Below the pieces are notes generated by a model that worked only from the letters and a program-made list of their open reading frames with translations, made no database searches and was not told the DNA's origin. From assembly GCF_048593235.1 (NCBI RefSeq), contig NC_133619.1:457897644-457961643 (forward strand): a stretch of 64,000 nucleotides of DNA, written 5' to 3'. The position numbers were made by a program, and so were the translations under genes. Positions 25,646-38,872 of the stretch are shown piece by piece. Within the stretch, counting starts at the first letter, position 1; every line of letters begins with the position of its first letter. This DNA comes from Sminthopsis crassicaudata (Eukaryota).

Positions 25646-26412
25646 AATATTATTGTCCTATAAGAAATGATGAACAGGCTGATTTCAGAAAACCTGGAAA
25701 GACTTACATGAATTTATGTTGAATGAAATGAGCAGAATCAAGAGAACATTGTAGAAAATAACAACAAGATTATGTGATGCTGGATTGTGATGGACTTGGC
25801 TCTTTTCAACAAATGAGGTTGATTCAAAGCAATTTCAATAGCCTTGTGATGGAAAGTACTATCACATCCAGAGAAACACTATGTAGACTGAATGTGGATT
25901 TATATCTCTCTTTTTAAAAATTTTTTGTTTTTTCATTGCGGTTTGCTAGGTTTTTTTTTTTTCTTTCTCATGTTTTTTCCCCCTTTTGATCTGACTTTTT
26001 TGTGTGCAGCATGACAAATATGGAAATGTTTAGAAGAATTGCACATGTTTAACCTATATCAAACTGCTTGCTCTCTTGGGGAGGGAGAAGAAGGGAGGAA
26101 GGGAGAAAAATCTGGAACATAAGGTTTTGCAAAAGTGAATGTTGAAAACTATCTTTGCATTATTTGGAAACAAACAAACAAAAAATCAACAAGAACAAAA
26201 AAACTACATTATAGCCAAGAAAGAAGACCATGGTTAGAAATCTATATTGAGGAGGCACCAGCATTAACATAATTAAATCCAAAGGAACTGTAACAAAAGA
26301 AGATAAAGAATAGAGTTAAGAATAACTTGCAAATATTGAATTATAGAGTTGCTTTATGTAAGTGGACTATTCTTCAGCTCTCTACAGAACTTTCTATATA
26401 TACTGATTTTAA

Positions 26413-26878
26413 TGTAATATGAATCTGTCCTTGGACTTGGGGAAGACAGGACGGAAAACAGAAAAGGATATGGCCCATGGTTCAAGAACACATGAGGTAA
26501 AGGGCAAGGAATAGAAAGAAGAAGCAAAAGATGGAAATGGGCCCAGACATACAAGAGCCTCACCTGGGCCAAAAGGAAAAACAAGGATTAGGGTAGACAA
26601 GGGGAGCAAGAGAAGAGCACAGATAAGAGAGAAAAAGCCACATACTGCCTAGTTTCAGATATCTAGATGGCTAGACAGAGCAGGGCAAAGGTCTCTTCTC
26701 TCAGCTGGAGGTCTAAAGTCAAGCCCAATCCCAGGGTTGGAAGTGGTGGTTCCCTGCTTTTACTTGGAGGATTTTTTTGCTTTATTTGTTTTTAATGAGT
26801 TGATGAGAAACAACAGAGTAGTTAACTGAGGGGCAGGAGCAAAAAGATAGAACAGTACTTTACAGTAAAGTTATAACA
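26413..26878. mobile_element. Possible old LTR
   Basis: TGTAA...TAACA ends, ~466 bp, higher GC than flanks; no TSD, orientation unclear. Confidence 0.35.
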
Positions 26879-29179
26879 TGGGTGTATTTTTGGAATGCAA
26901 TTTTTTTCCCCCAGAGTTCTTAAACATCAAAATTTCAAGAATTGTCTATATTTCTACAGAACTAAGGTAGCCTGGGATAGTGGAAATATTTGAAATAAGA
27001 AAAATCTGATTCTAATACTTAAGTTTTATTTACAGCTAGAGAAAATACACATTGACTGAACCAAATTAATTCACCTTCACTGTGGTTTTCCAAATTCTTC
27101 TATTTAAAAGCCATTGGTTGTTAGAAGGTAGTCTAATCTGATTCTTTGAAGACGAGTGTCACCTGAATAATATGTTCTGAGAGACAGAAAAAACACCAAT
27201 GAAGTATGTTGTTACATTTTATAAATAATGGAATAGTCTAGCTAATAAATATTTAGATCTGTTTGGCAGTATGAACAAGATAACACATTAGAAGATTTTC
27301 CACAGCCACTTTAGAAACTTAATACAATTAAGATAATTACGTGACTAAAATTTTGATGTTCAATAAACTTATTAGATTTAAAAATGTTTTATCTCAATAA
27401 GATTTTTTTATGTAACTTTTTTTATGATATTTGTATCCATTTCTTCCCTGAAATATGAATTCCTTAAGGGTGGGTACTGTTTTATTTTGGTCTTGATTTT
27501 CTTAGTTCTAGCACAGTTACCTTAAAAAAGATGGCACTTTGCAAAGTAAAGTTTTATATAGATAGACAAGCATAGATATATATAATCATATCTATAACTA
27601 TAAAAATAAGATCCAGACTTTTTAATCATTCCTAATTTGAACTCTGTGTTGAATGATTGTAGACTAAAAAAGTTTTTGGTTTTGAAGAACTAGATAACAT
27701 TTACTTGGGGAAAGGTTGTTGGTAGGTACATAGCCAATCAACTACAACAAAGGAAAACATAAATAATGCAGGACTTTCTCGAATAATAGGAGGTTAGATG
27801 ATGTAGTACACAATGAAACTAACTCTGACTTAGCAAAAACTCAATTTGTAAGACCAAGCCTAAAAAGAAGTTTCCACTTTCTTAATAAGAACTTTTATAT
27901 TCTTTGGACATAAAACAAGTGAAATACCACTTTCCCTCCTTACAGTGTCTAAAATAAAGAATTCTCTTCCATCTCTGAATTTCTTGGAATCATAAGAAAC
28001 TTTACAAACAAGAAAAATATAATCTTGATAAAAAGATCCAGCAGATGACAATGAAAAAAAGAAAGACCCTTCAGGACTTTTAATTTGTTTTAGTTCCTCT
28101 AAAATACTTAACTTGTAGAAGTTAAAAAAAGAGTTCCAGTAAGGAAAATGTCATTTAAGGGCACCAAGAGCAATAGAGAGCAAGAGAACAAGCTGCAGTT
28201 GAGTTCATATTGCTGTGTATTAACCATCCCTGGTTTCATAGTGCCTTCTCAACAGGCCATACTGTGATATCTAAACCAGATTGATGTCAACTAACGTTCG
28301 GGAAACAGCTGCTGCAGGTAGGTATTGAAATTACATCTGGACAATGTCATCTCCTTAACTAGAAACTCATCTTACTATCCTAGAGTGGCTAATCATTTAT
28401 ACCTTCATATAAAATACAATCAGGTTTAGACTTCAAGTTATTTTTCCTGGTTTTACGAAATATTAAATTGCTTCAGGATTGGTAGGGTTGCGTTTTTTAA
28501 AAAAATATAAATTAAGATGGCATAATTGATATAACCTGATGCAGAAAAGTAAACATTTACACAATGACCACATTAATATAAAGGAAAACAAGTCTAATAA
28601 TGTAGTCAGCAACTCTGACTTCAGTAGACTGATAATAAAACATGCCTCCCTTCTCATATTTAAAAGGTGGACTTCTGATGTAAAATGAAGCTTTTATTGT
28701 GCAAGACAGTGGTGTTATTTTGTTTTGCTTAAATATACTTCTTTGCTACAAGTAAGAATTATATAGGAAGAAGAGTTTCATTGGAGAGTTATAGTAATGT
28801 ATGAAAGGCACTAATAAAACATTTATTTATTTATGTGCAACCTAAAAGTTTTATTATATATCTTTAATATTATTTTTTCTAAATACATGAAAAGATAATT
28901 TTCAACATTTATCTTTGCCAAACCTCATGTTCCAATTTTTTCTCTCCTTTCCCTTTCTCGTCCCTTTGTAAGAAAGCAAACAATCAGATATAGGCTCAAT
29001 AAAAATATTTTTAATGAGTGTGTCAGTAGGTTCCATATAAAATAACAATCTCTAAATTTAATACACCTAGAAAAAGGCATGCAATTATTTTGAAAAGTAT
29101 TCGCAGATCTCTTCCATCAATCACATTATTTTCTCTACTCCAATTTTCCAAATAAATGTATATGATCAAAGATCTACAG

Positions 29180-29365
29180 TAGAAGCACATTGGAGGGCAT
29201 TGAATTTAACCCCTTCATTGTACAGATGAAGATAAGCAAACTGAGGCTCAGAGAGGTTAGGAGTCTTATCTAAGTATACATTGGTAATAATATAAGTCAT
29301 ACTTTGAATCCAGGTCCTTGGACTCCAGATCAGTACTCTTTTATGATATCATGTTGCCTCTCATC
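29180..29365 (-). mobile_element. MIR
   Basis: ttcattgtacagatgaag...aaactgaggctcagagaggtta...tttgaatccaggtccttggactccagatcagtactctt. Confidence 0.7.
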
Positions 29366-30419
29366 TTTATAATAGATGAAGTTACATGTATTATAACTTT
29401 TAAACAACATTTTACTTAGACATATGTTTCAATAGGATATAGAGAAAAGATTCAGTATACCCTTGAAGTAGTATTCTCCCTGCTTCCCATGACTAAAAAT
29501 AGCTATATGTAGCTAATTTTCATTTTGAATCTCAAATTTAATATAGAAGGAATTTTAAGTACTAGGAATGTAATCACAAAGGAATCATTACCAACCATAA
29601 GATAAGATTAAAAACAAAAAACTAAATACTTTTCTATCTAAAAGCATATTACCAATCATAAGATTAAAGTATTAAATCTATTTTTGCTCTAAAAGCAAAA
29701 AAATTACTTATCATAATATTAGATAAAAAAGCATTAAATACATTTTCCATCTCAAAGAACCAGATTAATTACATGTCAGAAAAATTCCTATAGCAAAACC
29801 ACTTAGACTTGATTTGACTTAGATTGAATTCAGCAGCACATATTAGAGCTAGGAAGACCCTCAGAAACTAACAACCAGTTCAAAAGATTCCTTTTATAGG
29901 TGAGGGAATAGACCCAAAAAGGTAAAGACATTTGTCAAAACCTCAATATTAGACCTTTCATTTACAATCAATGTGAATTTGAGAATCACTTAAGCTTTCT
30001 AAGGCTGTTTTCTCATGTGTAAGATAAGAGTCTATCCTAGATGATTTCTAAATTAAATTCAGCTCCAGATCCTGTAATTATGAAATGTTCCCACTATGCT
30101 GAATATGTAGGCTGTTGTGTAGGATAAAAATAATACCAGACATCCTTGAAAGTAAATGTGGCTAAAGAAAATTACAAAGGTAGTATCACTTCCAAATTCC
30201 ATTTTCTACTCCTTACTCACATATCTTTCATATCCTACTACTTCTAAACAGGAACGGATCTATTGCAAGTAAGTTATAATTATTGGGTCCACATGAATTT
30301 CACTTATTTCCCACAAACAAGTATTTGAATTTTAAACTTCTCAATTATCACTTGAAGTTTAGGGGCAGTATGAAAGTAGGTGGAAACAAACTATTTTGAG
30401 AGATCCATGCCTCAGCCTC

Positions 30420-30755
30420 CTCTCACCCCCCCTCCCAAACACTTTCAAAGACAGATTCCTTGATGTTCTCCCAGAAAAACACTCCAGTCATTTTCTCTAG
30501 CTCTTTCTGGTTCTCCTTTCCATCCCTTGGTTTTGCTAGCTTCATTCAAATCCCAGTTAAAATCAACCCCTCTTAATTTTAATTTATTACCTATTTATCC
30601 TATCTATAATTGTTTATATGTTGTCTCTCCCCATTAAATTGTAAGTTCCTTGAGGCCAGGGACTGTCTTTTGTCTGTCTTTGTATCTTTCCTACTTAGCA
30701 AAGTTCCAGGTACATAGGAGGTCTTTTAAAATAAATACTAATAGATTGATTGAAT
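30420..30755 (+). mobile_element. L2 3' fragment
   Basis: ttgtaagttccttgaggccagggactgtctttt...cttagcaaagttccaggtacatagg...aaatact...gattgattga. Confidence 0.7.
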
Positions 30756-32077
30756 ATACAATCTCTCTTTCCAAAAACATGTCTATTCTGGTGAGGATGA
30801 GTCTAGCCAACCTTTAACTATTGTTAATTATTCTTGAGAACAACACAAATTGTTGTTACTAAGTCACAGCACAACATTTCCTTAGTGTCTCCTGTTCATC
30901 CTCCCTCCGTCAGGCTAACTTTCATCTCATTTTCAAACATTCTCTTCCCCAAGATACCCAGAAAAAAAATGGGGAGATAAGAGTACAGAACTTTATTTCT
31001 AATCTATGGATAATGTATGGGTGTATATATAACTATTAAGACTACTTAAAGAAAATAACAAAAGGGGATCATGAGCAGTATCGTGGAGATGCTTCTGATC
31101 CAAAAACTTTTTAAAATCTAGGGAACCTATTGAGGGAGAAAGCAAAGAACACTACATGTACATTATATATTTTTTCTTTACATATGACAACATTTCATTA
31201 TTTTTAAAAATGGACACCATCTTCACAGTTTCACAACACTATCTTATACCTTTGAAAAGTGACTTCATGAGTTGCTATGGACCAAACCCCACCCCTCCAA
31301 AAAAACCAAAACAAAACACCAACCCATCCTCTAGTAGCCTACCTTCCATTCACTTTGTTCACTGGAAAATAAACACACCAATTAACACAGGACTATTTTC
31401 AAAGGCTCTTTAGGATTTGTATTCTACTGGTATGACATTCAGGAACTCTTGTTTTCCATCTTTAGCACAATGTGATTATTAGAGTACAATTAACATAAAC
31501 CTATATAAACACAGGCATTTTTTGTTGTTGTTAATTTCAGGCCTGGTTTTAAAATTTCTAAAAGGCAGGATCCAGTCTGGTAATGTGCACAAAACAAACT
31601 CATGACCGGAAGTGATTTTTTTCCCATAAAATTCAATACTTACTAAGCACATGCTATGTGCAAGTTGCTATGGATAAAAGGATATAGACTCTGCTCTCAA
31701 AGAAAGAAGGAAAGGAAAGAGATGAGTGATATAAATATTTATGAAGCATCTACCAAGTGCCAGGCACTGTACTGTGTTACTTACTCTTACTTAATTTTAC
31801 CAAAAAAAAAAAAAAAAAAAAAAAATCTCATTTGAGATAAAGAACTTACATTCTACATATTTTCTAAATGACTGAGATGCCCTTTCATATTTAGGAGAGC
31901 TGTAAAGACATTTATTAAGGTTACCCAATAAAACAAATAATACAGAAGGGAACAATTCTCAGATATTTACTTATTTTAAAAGACAGTAATTTGAGTAAAA
32001 TTAATCTACAGGTTCCTAAATTTTTAGAAGATATCTTACCTCTCTTATAGTAATGGGTGAGGATGGGGTATTTAAGA

Positions 32078-32127
32078 GTTTTAGTTTTAGTTTTAGTTTC
32101 CTATAAGTTTAGTTTTAGTTTCCTATA
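32078..32127. repeat. (GTTTTA)n with duplicated gtttcctataag unit
   Basis: Directly visible local duplication. Confidence 0.85.
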
Positions 32128-34059
32128 AGAACTCTGGTTTTAGATTCCAGCTATTCTAGGTCAGACCCCAGTTCTACTGCTTTTATATAATCTATGTGAT
32201 TTTGGCACCACCATTTCATCTTTAATTTCTCTAGGCTTCAGTAAATGAAGAAGCATCTTGAAAGTGTTGAAGGGTCCTTAAGAGTTCATCTTAAATGCTG
32301 GCTATTACCTATTTTTCACAAATGAGGATACTGGGGGTTAAGTAATTCCAAAAGGTTAAGTAGCTTTCCCTAGGTCAAACTATTCTCATAATCTCCAAAA
32401 TTTCTTTCTATATTTCTAAATATATTAGGTCTAAGATAACTAGAATAATGAAATAACCATACCATAGGAACAAGAGAATGAATAGAAGGCAAGAGGAAGA
32501 CAGGAAAGAAAGAAGACTGGTGAAAATCTACCTAGAGAAGCTGCACATGAATAATTAACAGTTTTCTTCTCATTCAACAAATATACATTAATGCCTCATT
32601 AAAAATGGGAAAGTGCTCTGGGGAGGCTTGCTTAGAAGGTTAAATTCAACTAGTAACTAGTCAAATTAACTTTTAAGCATCTTTCCTCTATAAAAAGACC
32701 AATACTCTCCTTAAGGTATTAATATGAAGTTATATTGTAGTGAAAATAATGTTTAAAGAATTGTAATGTTTAACCATTACTAAAATTGTAATTTGGGAAT
32801 AAAGCCAAACCACTGGTCTCAGACAGTTATTTCTTTAAAGATCCCTGGGCTATTTTTCATAATGTACTTGATAAATATTAAACTAAAATTAGTGAATATA
32901 GTTTTCTGAGAACTTGCTTAAGAAGAAGCTCATATTAAACTTTGTCAAATGTAAAGTTTATGGTAAATAAACACATCTATTTTCTTTTATAAAGGACAAG
33001 TGTTTTTACTAGTCACTTTAACATAAGCAGCAAAAACAATATTCAAAAATAATGAAATATTGTGTATAAAAATAAAAACTGAGAAAGGAGAAACAAAAAT
33101 AAGAATTGAATTTTCAATGCTCTTTGAAGATTATGGAATGAGAAAACTATTTTAAAATGTTTAATTAGACAAATATAGCTACAGGAGGAATGCTGCATTT
33201 AAAACAATATAATTTAAAATTAATTAATTTAATCCTACTGTTGGAAATAAAACATTACTAAAAAGTGGCATGAACCTTGCCCAGCTGCACAGATTTGTAA
33301 TTTAAATTCAGTATGCTGTGAAAATACAAGCTACTACAAAATTTTGTCTTGAAACTGCTCTAGCAAGATTTATTTCTGAAGTGTACTCCAATAAAAAGAA
33401 TCTTCCATCTGGTCCCAAATTTCAGAAAATCAATATTGAAAATTCTGATTTACAAAATTAGAAAAGTTATATAATTCACATTTCAAAAAAATACAAATAT
33501 GATTTATAAAAGGATTAAGTGTCAACCATAAAATGGTAGGCTTCTTTTAGTTCTTTAGGCTTTGAAAAAGATTAAAATTTCTTGACAGAGAGGCTGTGGA
33601 AAAAGGCAATTGGAAGAGTGCTGAAAAATGAACCGTGAAGCTCAAGTACAAGCCAGTGTCAAGAAAACTTAAGTTGAAAATGAGGATAACATTTTACAAA
33701 AATACAGATTTCCTATATATCCACAACACAATTTGAGATACATCAATGATTTTAAATAACATTTTCTTCCTGAAAACTTTATTGAAAAATCTGGAGTATA
33801 TAGCAAGCGCCTTAAATCAGATAATCTTTAAAGATCTTTGATAAAGGCAACATATTCTACAGAAGCTTTCCTAATTCCTTCCATTTATTATATCTTAAAT
33901 CTTTATTACAATGCTAAGGAATTCTTAACTCAAGAGGATATAACTAGATTTAGGCAAAAGACAAGGATAGATATGTTTTTAAAATGACAGACTTAACATT
34001 CCTGTACATTCTTAAAAACAGAAAAGGAATAAGGAAAAAGTCTCAAGAATTTATATTTA

Positions 34060-34400
34060 AAATGAGGTAATTTAGACCAATTCCAATAAACTTGTGATGG
34101 AGAGAGCCATTTACATCCAGAAAGAGGACTAGGAGACCTGAACGTGGATCACAACATAAGTATTTTCATTTTCTATTGTTGTTGTTGCTTGCTTGCTTAC
34201 TTGTTTTTTCTTTCTCATTTCTCCCCCTTTTTTATCTGGTTTTTCTTGTGTAGCATTTTTTTTAGAAGACTTCACATGTTTAACCTATATTGGATTGCTT
34301 GCTGTCTAGGGGAAGGGGGGAAATGAGAAAGGAGGGATAAAAATTTGTAATACAAGGTTTTGCAGAAATGAAGACTGAAAGTATTTTGAAAAAATACTAT
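34060..34400 (+). mobile_element. L1 3'UTR fragment
   Basis: gtgatggagagagccatttacatccagaaagaggact...gtggatcacaacataagtattttc...ggattgcttgctgtctagggg. Confidence 0.8.
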
Positions 34401-34584
34401 TAAATGCCTACTTTTAAAATATCCTTTCCTATTACTTAAGAAAGATTAAAAACAGAAATCATTTGCATTAACATCAAAACATACTTCAGTGCAAATTGAC
34501 CTCCAGAGACTGGCTTTATGAAAGTGAATAACCCACAGTTAGAGGATAGGAAAAGAAAAAAGTATATCTCTGGAAATGTGATTT

Positions 34585-34753
34585 CCTTCCTCCCTCCTTC
34601 CCTTCTTTCTTTCCTAGGCTGAGGCAATTGAGGCTAAGTGACTTGCCCGGGGTCACACAGTTAGGAAGCATTAAGTGTCTGAGACCACATTTGAACTCAG
34701 ATCCTCCCGACTTCAGAGCTGGTGCTCTATCCACTGCACCACCTAGCTGCCTC
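34585..34753 (-). mobile_element. WSINE1-type SINE, sitting at the tail of an L1 3' end
   Basis: Complete body; purine-rich simple tail; directly abuts L1 3' fragment 34755-34985. Confidence 0.92.
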
Positions 34754-34754
34754 T

Positions 34755-34985
34755 AAAGCTTTTTATTTTCAAAACATGCATAGTTTTCAATATTTATCCT
34801 TAAAAAACTTTGTGTTCCAAATTTTTTCTCCCTCACTTCCCTCGGCCTCCTCCAGATAACAAGTAATTCCATGTGTTAAAGGTGAACAATTCTTCTATAC
34901 ATATTTCCACAATACCATGCTGCACAAGAAAAACCAGATCAAAAAGGAAAAAAAAGGGAAAGAAAATAAAATGCACATCATGTCA
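34755..34985 (-). mobile_element. L1 3' end fragment
   Basis: ttttcaaaacatgcatag...tgtgttccaaatttttt...catgctgcacaagaaaaaccagatcaaaa. Confidence 0.8.
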
Positions 34986-36419
34986 TGTCAAAATTCAGGA
35001 TTGTGTTTCAGATACAGATATACAAGGGTCATAGACATTTAAAATGTGGCTTATTTTATATAATATCATTAAACTTAAAGCTATGAAAACCTAATTATCC
35101 AAATTTAGTTATGAAGATATTTAAGTCTACATCATTGTGTCTTTTCTAATCAATGTACATGGTTTGAATACATCACCAATGTGCAAAACAAGTTCATATA
35201 ATTTCAATGAATTGTATTCAGTCATGCTGAAATGTACAAGTGCTTCAAGTTATTTGGAAAACTCAGTAAGTTTTACCAAAAAAAAATTTTTTAAACCATC
35301 TAGAAAAACCATCTAATCCTGGCTATTATATAAATACCAAAGAAAAGAAAATAGGTGAGAGACCACAGATTACAGGGTTCATATGGTATTAAGAAATGAA
35401 TAGTATTTAAGATCAATAACGGTCGTAAGACTGATCATGATGTAAAACTCCAAAATATTCTAATTCCAAAGTTTTTATTGGTGATACTGACCTAAAAATT
35501 TATCTCCAAATTCCTATCAATAATGTACTGACATAAGGCTGAATTAGTTAAAGACAATTTATCTTTTGTGCGAAAAATTGTTTTTATACAAAGGGAACCT
35601 TTAGAATGTTGAAGCTGAAGAAAACAGATCATCTGCTCCAAATTCTTTTTACATATAAGGAAAGTGAGATCCAAAGTCATACAACCAGTTCATAATCAAG
35701 TTGGAGCTACAAATGAGAAATCCTGACTCCCAGTTTTCACAATTGGTCTTACCGCATTTGAACAATTTAACAAGCATGTTCTAAAACAATTAAAGTAAAT
35801 TGTCAAGACAATAATAAAATCCTGGGCCAGGGCCAGTGCCCAATTACAAACTAAAACTTACTTCAACTTACTTCAGTTGGCTGGGCATGTGCAAGGGATG
35901 AAAGTGTCAACAGGATATTCTAGCTCTTAGCTAAGGAGATTTTAACCTCAGGAAAGGAAAAAAAAAAATCCTATTATAGAGAAATACTAAAATAAGACTT
36001 AAAAACAATCTGACATCTATGGATTGCTGGGAAACTATTAGAAAGAAAATGCCTCATTCTAAGATATTAATGGCCATATTTTGAAGACAAAATAAAGAAA
36101 AAAAAGGTTTTTTTGCCCTTATCTCCACAAAAGCTATATCTATAAAACAGGGTCTGTCTTATGGAGGTTCTAAAAAATGGACTGCAAGTTGTGTAGTGGT
36201 CTTTTTAGAATTGGTGACAATTGATATGTCAGTCACAAGAACTGTTTTAAACATTCAACCATGCTTTACAACCTACCCTACTTATCTTACTGCCATCTGC
36301 CTTGCCTGTTATCATATCAAATTTTGCCATCTATGGGAGAATGGCTTATATCCACTAGGCCAACTTAATCCTTTCATCTCTTGAATTTTCAACACACTTG
36401 ACTGGTATGTCACATGGCC

Positions 36420-36720
36420 AACCCCAACCAAGCCTACATTCCACAATGGCCATCTAATTGCCATCTTCCCTGATGAGGTAAATAATTCTCCCCTTCCTTC
36501 TAGAGAACAATAAACAAATATTGCTGTTGTGGTTGTAAAGCTTTATTAATCAGCTCTCTTATGATTACATTCAATAACTCCTTAACCCCTAAATCAAAAC
36601 CACTCTACATGTTCAATCTTCATTTATTACAATGTAAGATCCTGAGGGCAAGGACCTCACTTCTGAATCTAAATCCCTAACATTTGGCACATAGTAAATT
36701 CTTAATAAAAGTATTTTCCT
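36420..36720 (+). mobile_element. L2 3' fragment
   Basis: tgtaagatcctgagggcaaggacc...tttggcacatagtaaattcttaataaa. Confidence 0.55.
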
Positions 36721-37084
36721 TGAATCTGTCAAAACAAGAGCCATTGTAAAAATGAAGAATAAATACATTCTCAAACATTTCACACAAAAACTGGGGAAAA
36801 AAAAAAAAAAAGACTTGAGATGAACATAATTCTACCTATCTGATAGTTCACTTGTGGACCTGAACTTGATATACTTGATATGCAACTTTCCAAATTTAAG
36901 ACCAATGGATCTACCAAGTCAGTTTTTTCTTGAGTTTCCAAAGACCAAAACTGAAAATATTTTTAAAAACACTACACATCTGAAATGTCATTATCTTTAG
37001 AAAAAGTTCCCTAAATGCTTGAAATAGATTTCCATGAACTAAGATGGAGGAACAAGCATTAAATCACTGTAACTATTCTATGTT

Positions 37085-38330
37085 CCCCTCTGAGTAACCA
37101 TAAAATAGCACCACAAGACAGGTCTTAGAGTAGTGGAATCGACAGCAAGACAGGTGGAACATCTGTTAGCCCAAGAAACTTGAAGGATTGGCAGGAAGGG
37201 TCCATCTCACTCAGATAAGATGGGCACAGTCCAGAATAGGAAGCTTATCAGGAAGTAGCAAGCACCACCTCAGCAAACCAGCAGGAAATTCTGAGCTCCA
37301 GTAGTACCCCAGACTGGTAGAACTGGCAAATGCCAACAACAGGACCTCCATGTTCAGTCAAGGGAAAGAGTAGATTCTAGATTTGCAACATGCTTCAGTG
37401 CAGCACTAGGATAGGGAGGGCAGGCATTCTCCAGCAACAAGATTTCCCCCTACTTCAGCAGGGGCCCAAGCAAATTGGAATCCTTCAGAGGCTACACCAC
37501 CATGTGCTTCTGTATAGCCCCAAGAAAACACAGAAACACTCCACTGGGCCTCAGCACACATTGTCACTAGGATTCAATAGATTCAGGAAAAATATCAGAC
37601 TCACTGGACAATCTGAGAGTCAAAAAGCAAAAGGAGGACCCAGATAGCATCTTTTAAGAAATTATCAAGAAAAACTATCCTGATGTCCTGGAAACAAAAG
37701 GCAAAATAAGCAATCAAAGAATCTTCCAATCACCTCAGGAAAAAGAGCTCCAAATAAAAACTCCACGGAAAATATACCCAAATGTTAGAACTATCAGATC
37801 AAGGAAAAAAATATAAGTAACCAAAAAGAAACAATTCAACTATTGGGGAGTCACAATCAAACTTCTACAGGCTTGGCAGCTAGCTGCAATATTAAAGGAT
37901 AAGAGCATGAAATTCTGGAAGGCATCGGAGCTTGGACTATAACCAAGAATCACTTACCTGGCCAAATTAAACATAAGGCACAAAACTAAAAATTTGATCT
38001 GGAGTATCAAGACCCAAGAGAAACACAAACAGATAAAAAAGAAAAAGAAACAGAAACAAATGGTTTTCACGAGCTACAATGTTTATACCCCTACATGGGA
38101 AAATGATACTTGTAATTCTTAACAATTGTATCACTAATAATGTAGCTAGAAGGAAAATACATAGAGAGTATGAATACAAGGATAATAAGGGAGTAACAAC
38201 AAAAAATAAGAGATGAGGAAGAGGAATATACTGGGTACAGAAAAGAAAAGGCAGAATGGTGTAAAATATTTCACATGAAGAGTCAAGATAGGCTTTTTAA
38301 CTACTTGAAATAAATGATACAGTTGAGTGG
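37085..38330 (+). mobile_element. Old L1/HAL1 fragment: 5'UTR-like segment, ORF1 C-terminal half, spacer
   Basis: 37720-37880 decodes with frameshifts to ERIxQSP..KTPRxI..YQIKEK..KKQF.Y.G.TI motifs of marsupial L1 ORF1. Confidence 0.7.
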
Positions 38331-38334
38331 AACA

Positions 38335-38600
38335 GTGGACAGAATACAATGGGTCTGGAGAAAGGAAGATCTGTTTAAATGCAATCTCAGACACTGACAA
38401 GTTGAGTAACTAGGGCAAGTCATTTAACCTTAGTTTAGTTTAGTTTCCTCAACTGTAACATGGAGAAATAACATGGGGGAATCAGTGGCAACTATGTTAA
38501 CAGGGTTGTTCTGAGAATTAAATGAGGTAATATTTGTAAAGCTTTTAGCACAGTGCCTTACATATGTAAATACTATAAAAATGTTGACTAATATTATTGT
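38335..38600 (+). mobile_element. MIR/MAR-type SINE
   Basis: gggcaagtcatttaacc...tttcctcaactgtaa...agggttgttctgagaattaaatgaggtaatatttgtaaagc. Confidence 0.8.
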
Positions 38601-38868
38601 TAATTGATTTCCCTTGAAATAAGGGAAATTTCTTCCCTTTTCATTCACTAAAGCACTAATACCCTTTTTCTTGCTGTTTAATGTAAATACATATTTACAT
38701 TAATACAAAATGCAATTTATTATTTAACTATATCTCCTGAAATTTATTCATCTTATTATTTTATGTTCCAAAAGGGTAGAAAGGTTAACTTACTGCTAAA
38801 TAAATTATAACAAGTGTAACTTGCAAAGACAATTATATAAATCTTGCTGAGGAAACAAGTATATGCAC

Positions 38869-38872
<4 letters not shown>

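Larger units (their letters stand above)
21172..26200 (+). mobile_element. 5'-truncated L1 (RT to 3'UTR), split by a solo LTR and an ORF1-only element
   Basis: RSGIKQGCPLSPLLFN (ORF 21180-21419) and LSLFADDIMVYLE (~21443-21481); ORF2 C-terminal motifs to ~23330; 3'UTR resumes at 25646. Multiple frameshifts. Confidence 0.92.

Noticed and set aside
27860-28051. 63-aa minus ORF and a possible 5-nt microexon (ttttag|ACACT|gtaagg, 27948-27944)
   Set aside because: No homology recognised, GTG/TTG-type start, weak exonic donor context; expected by chance in AT-rich DNA.
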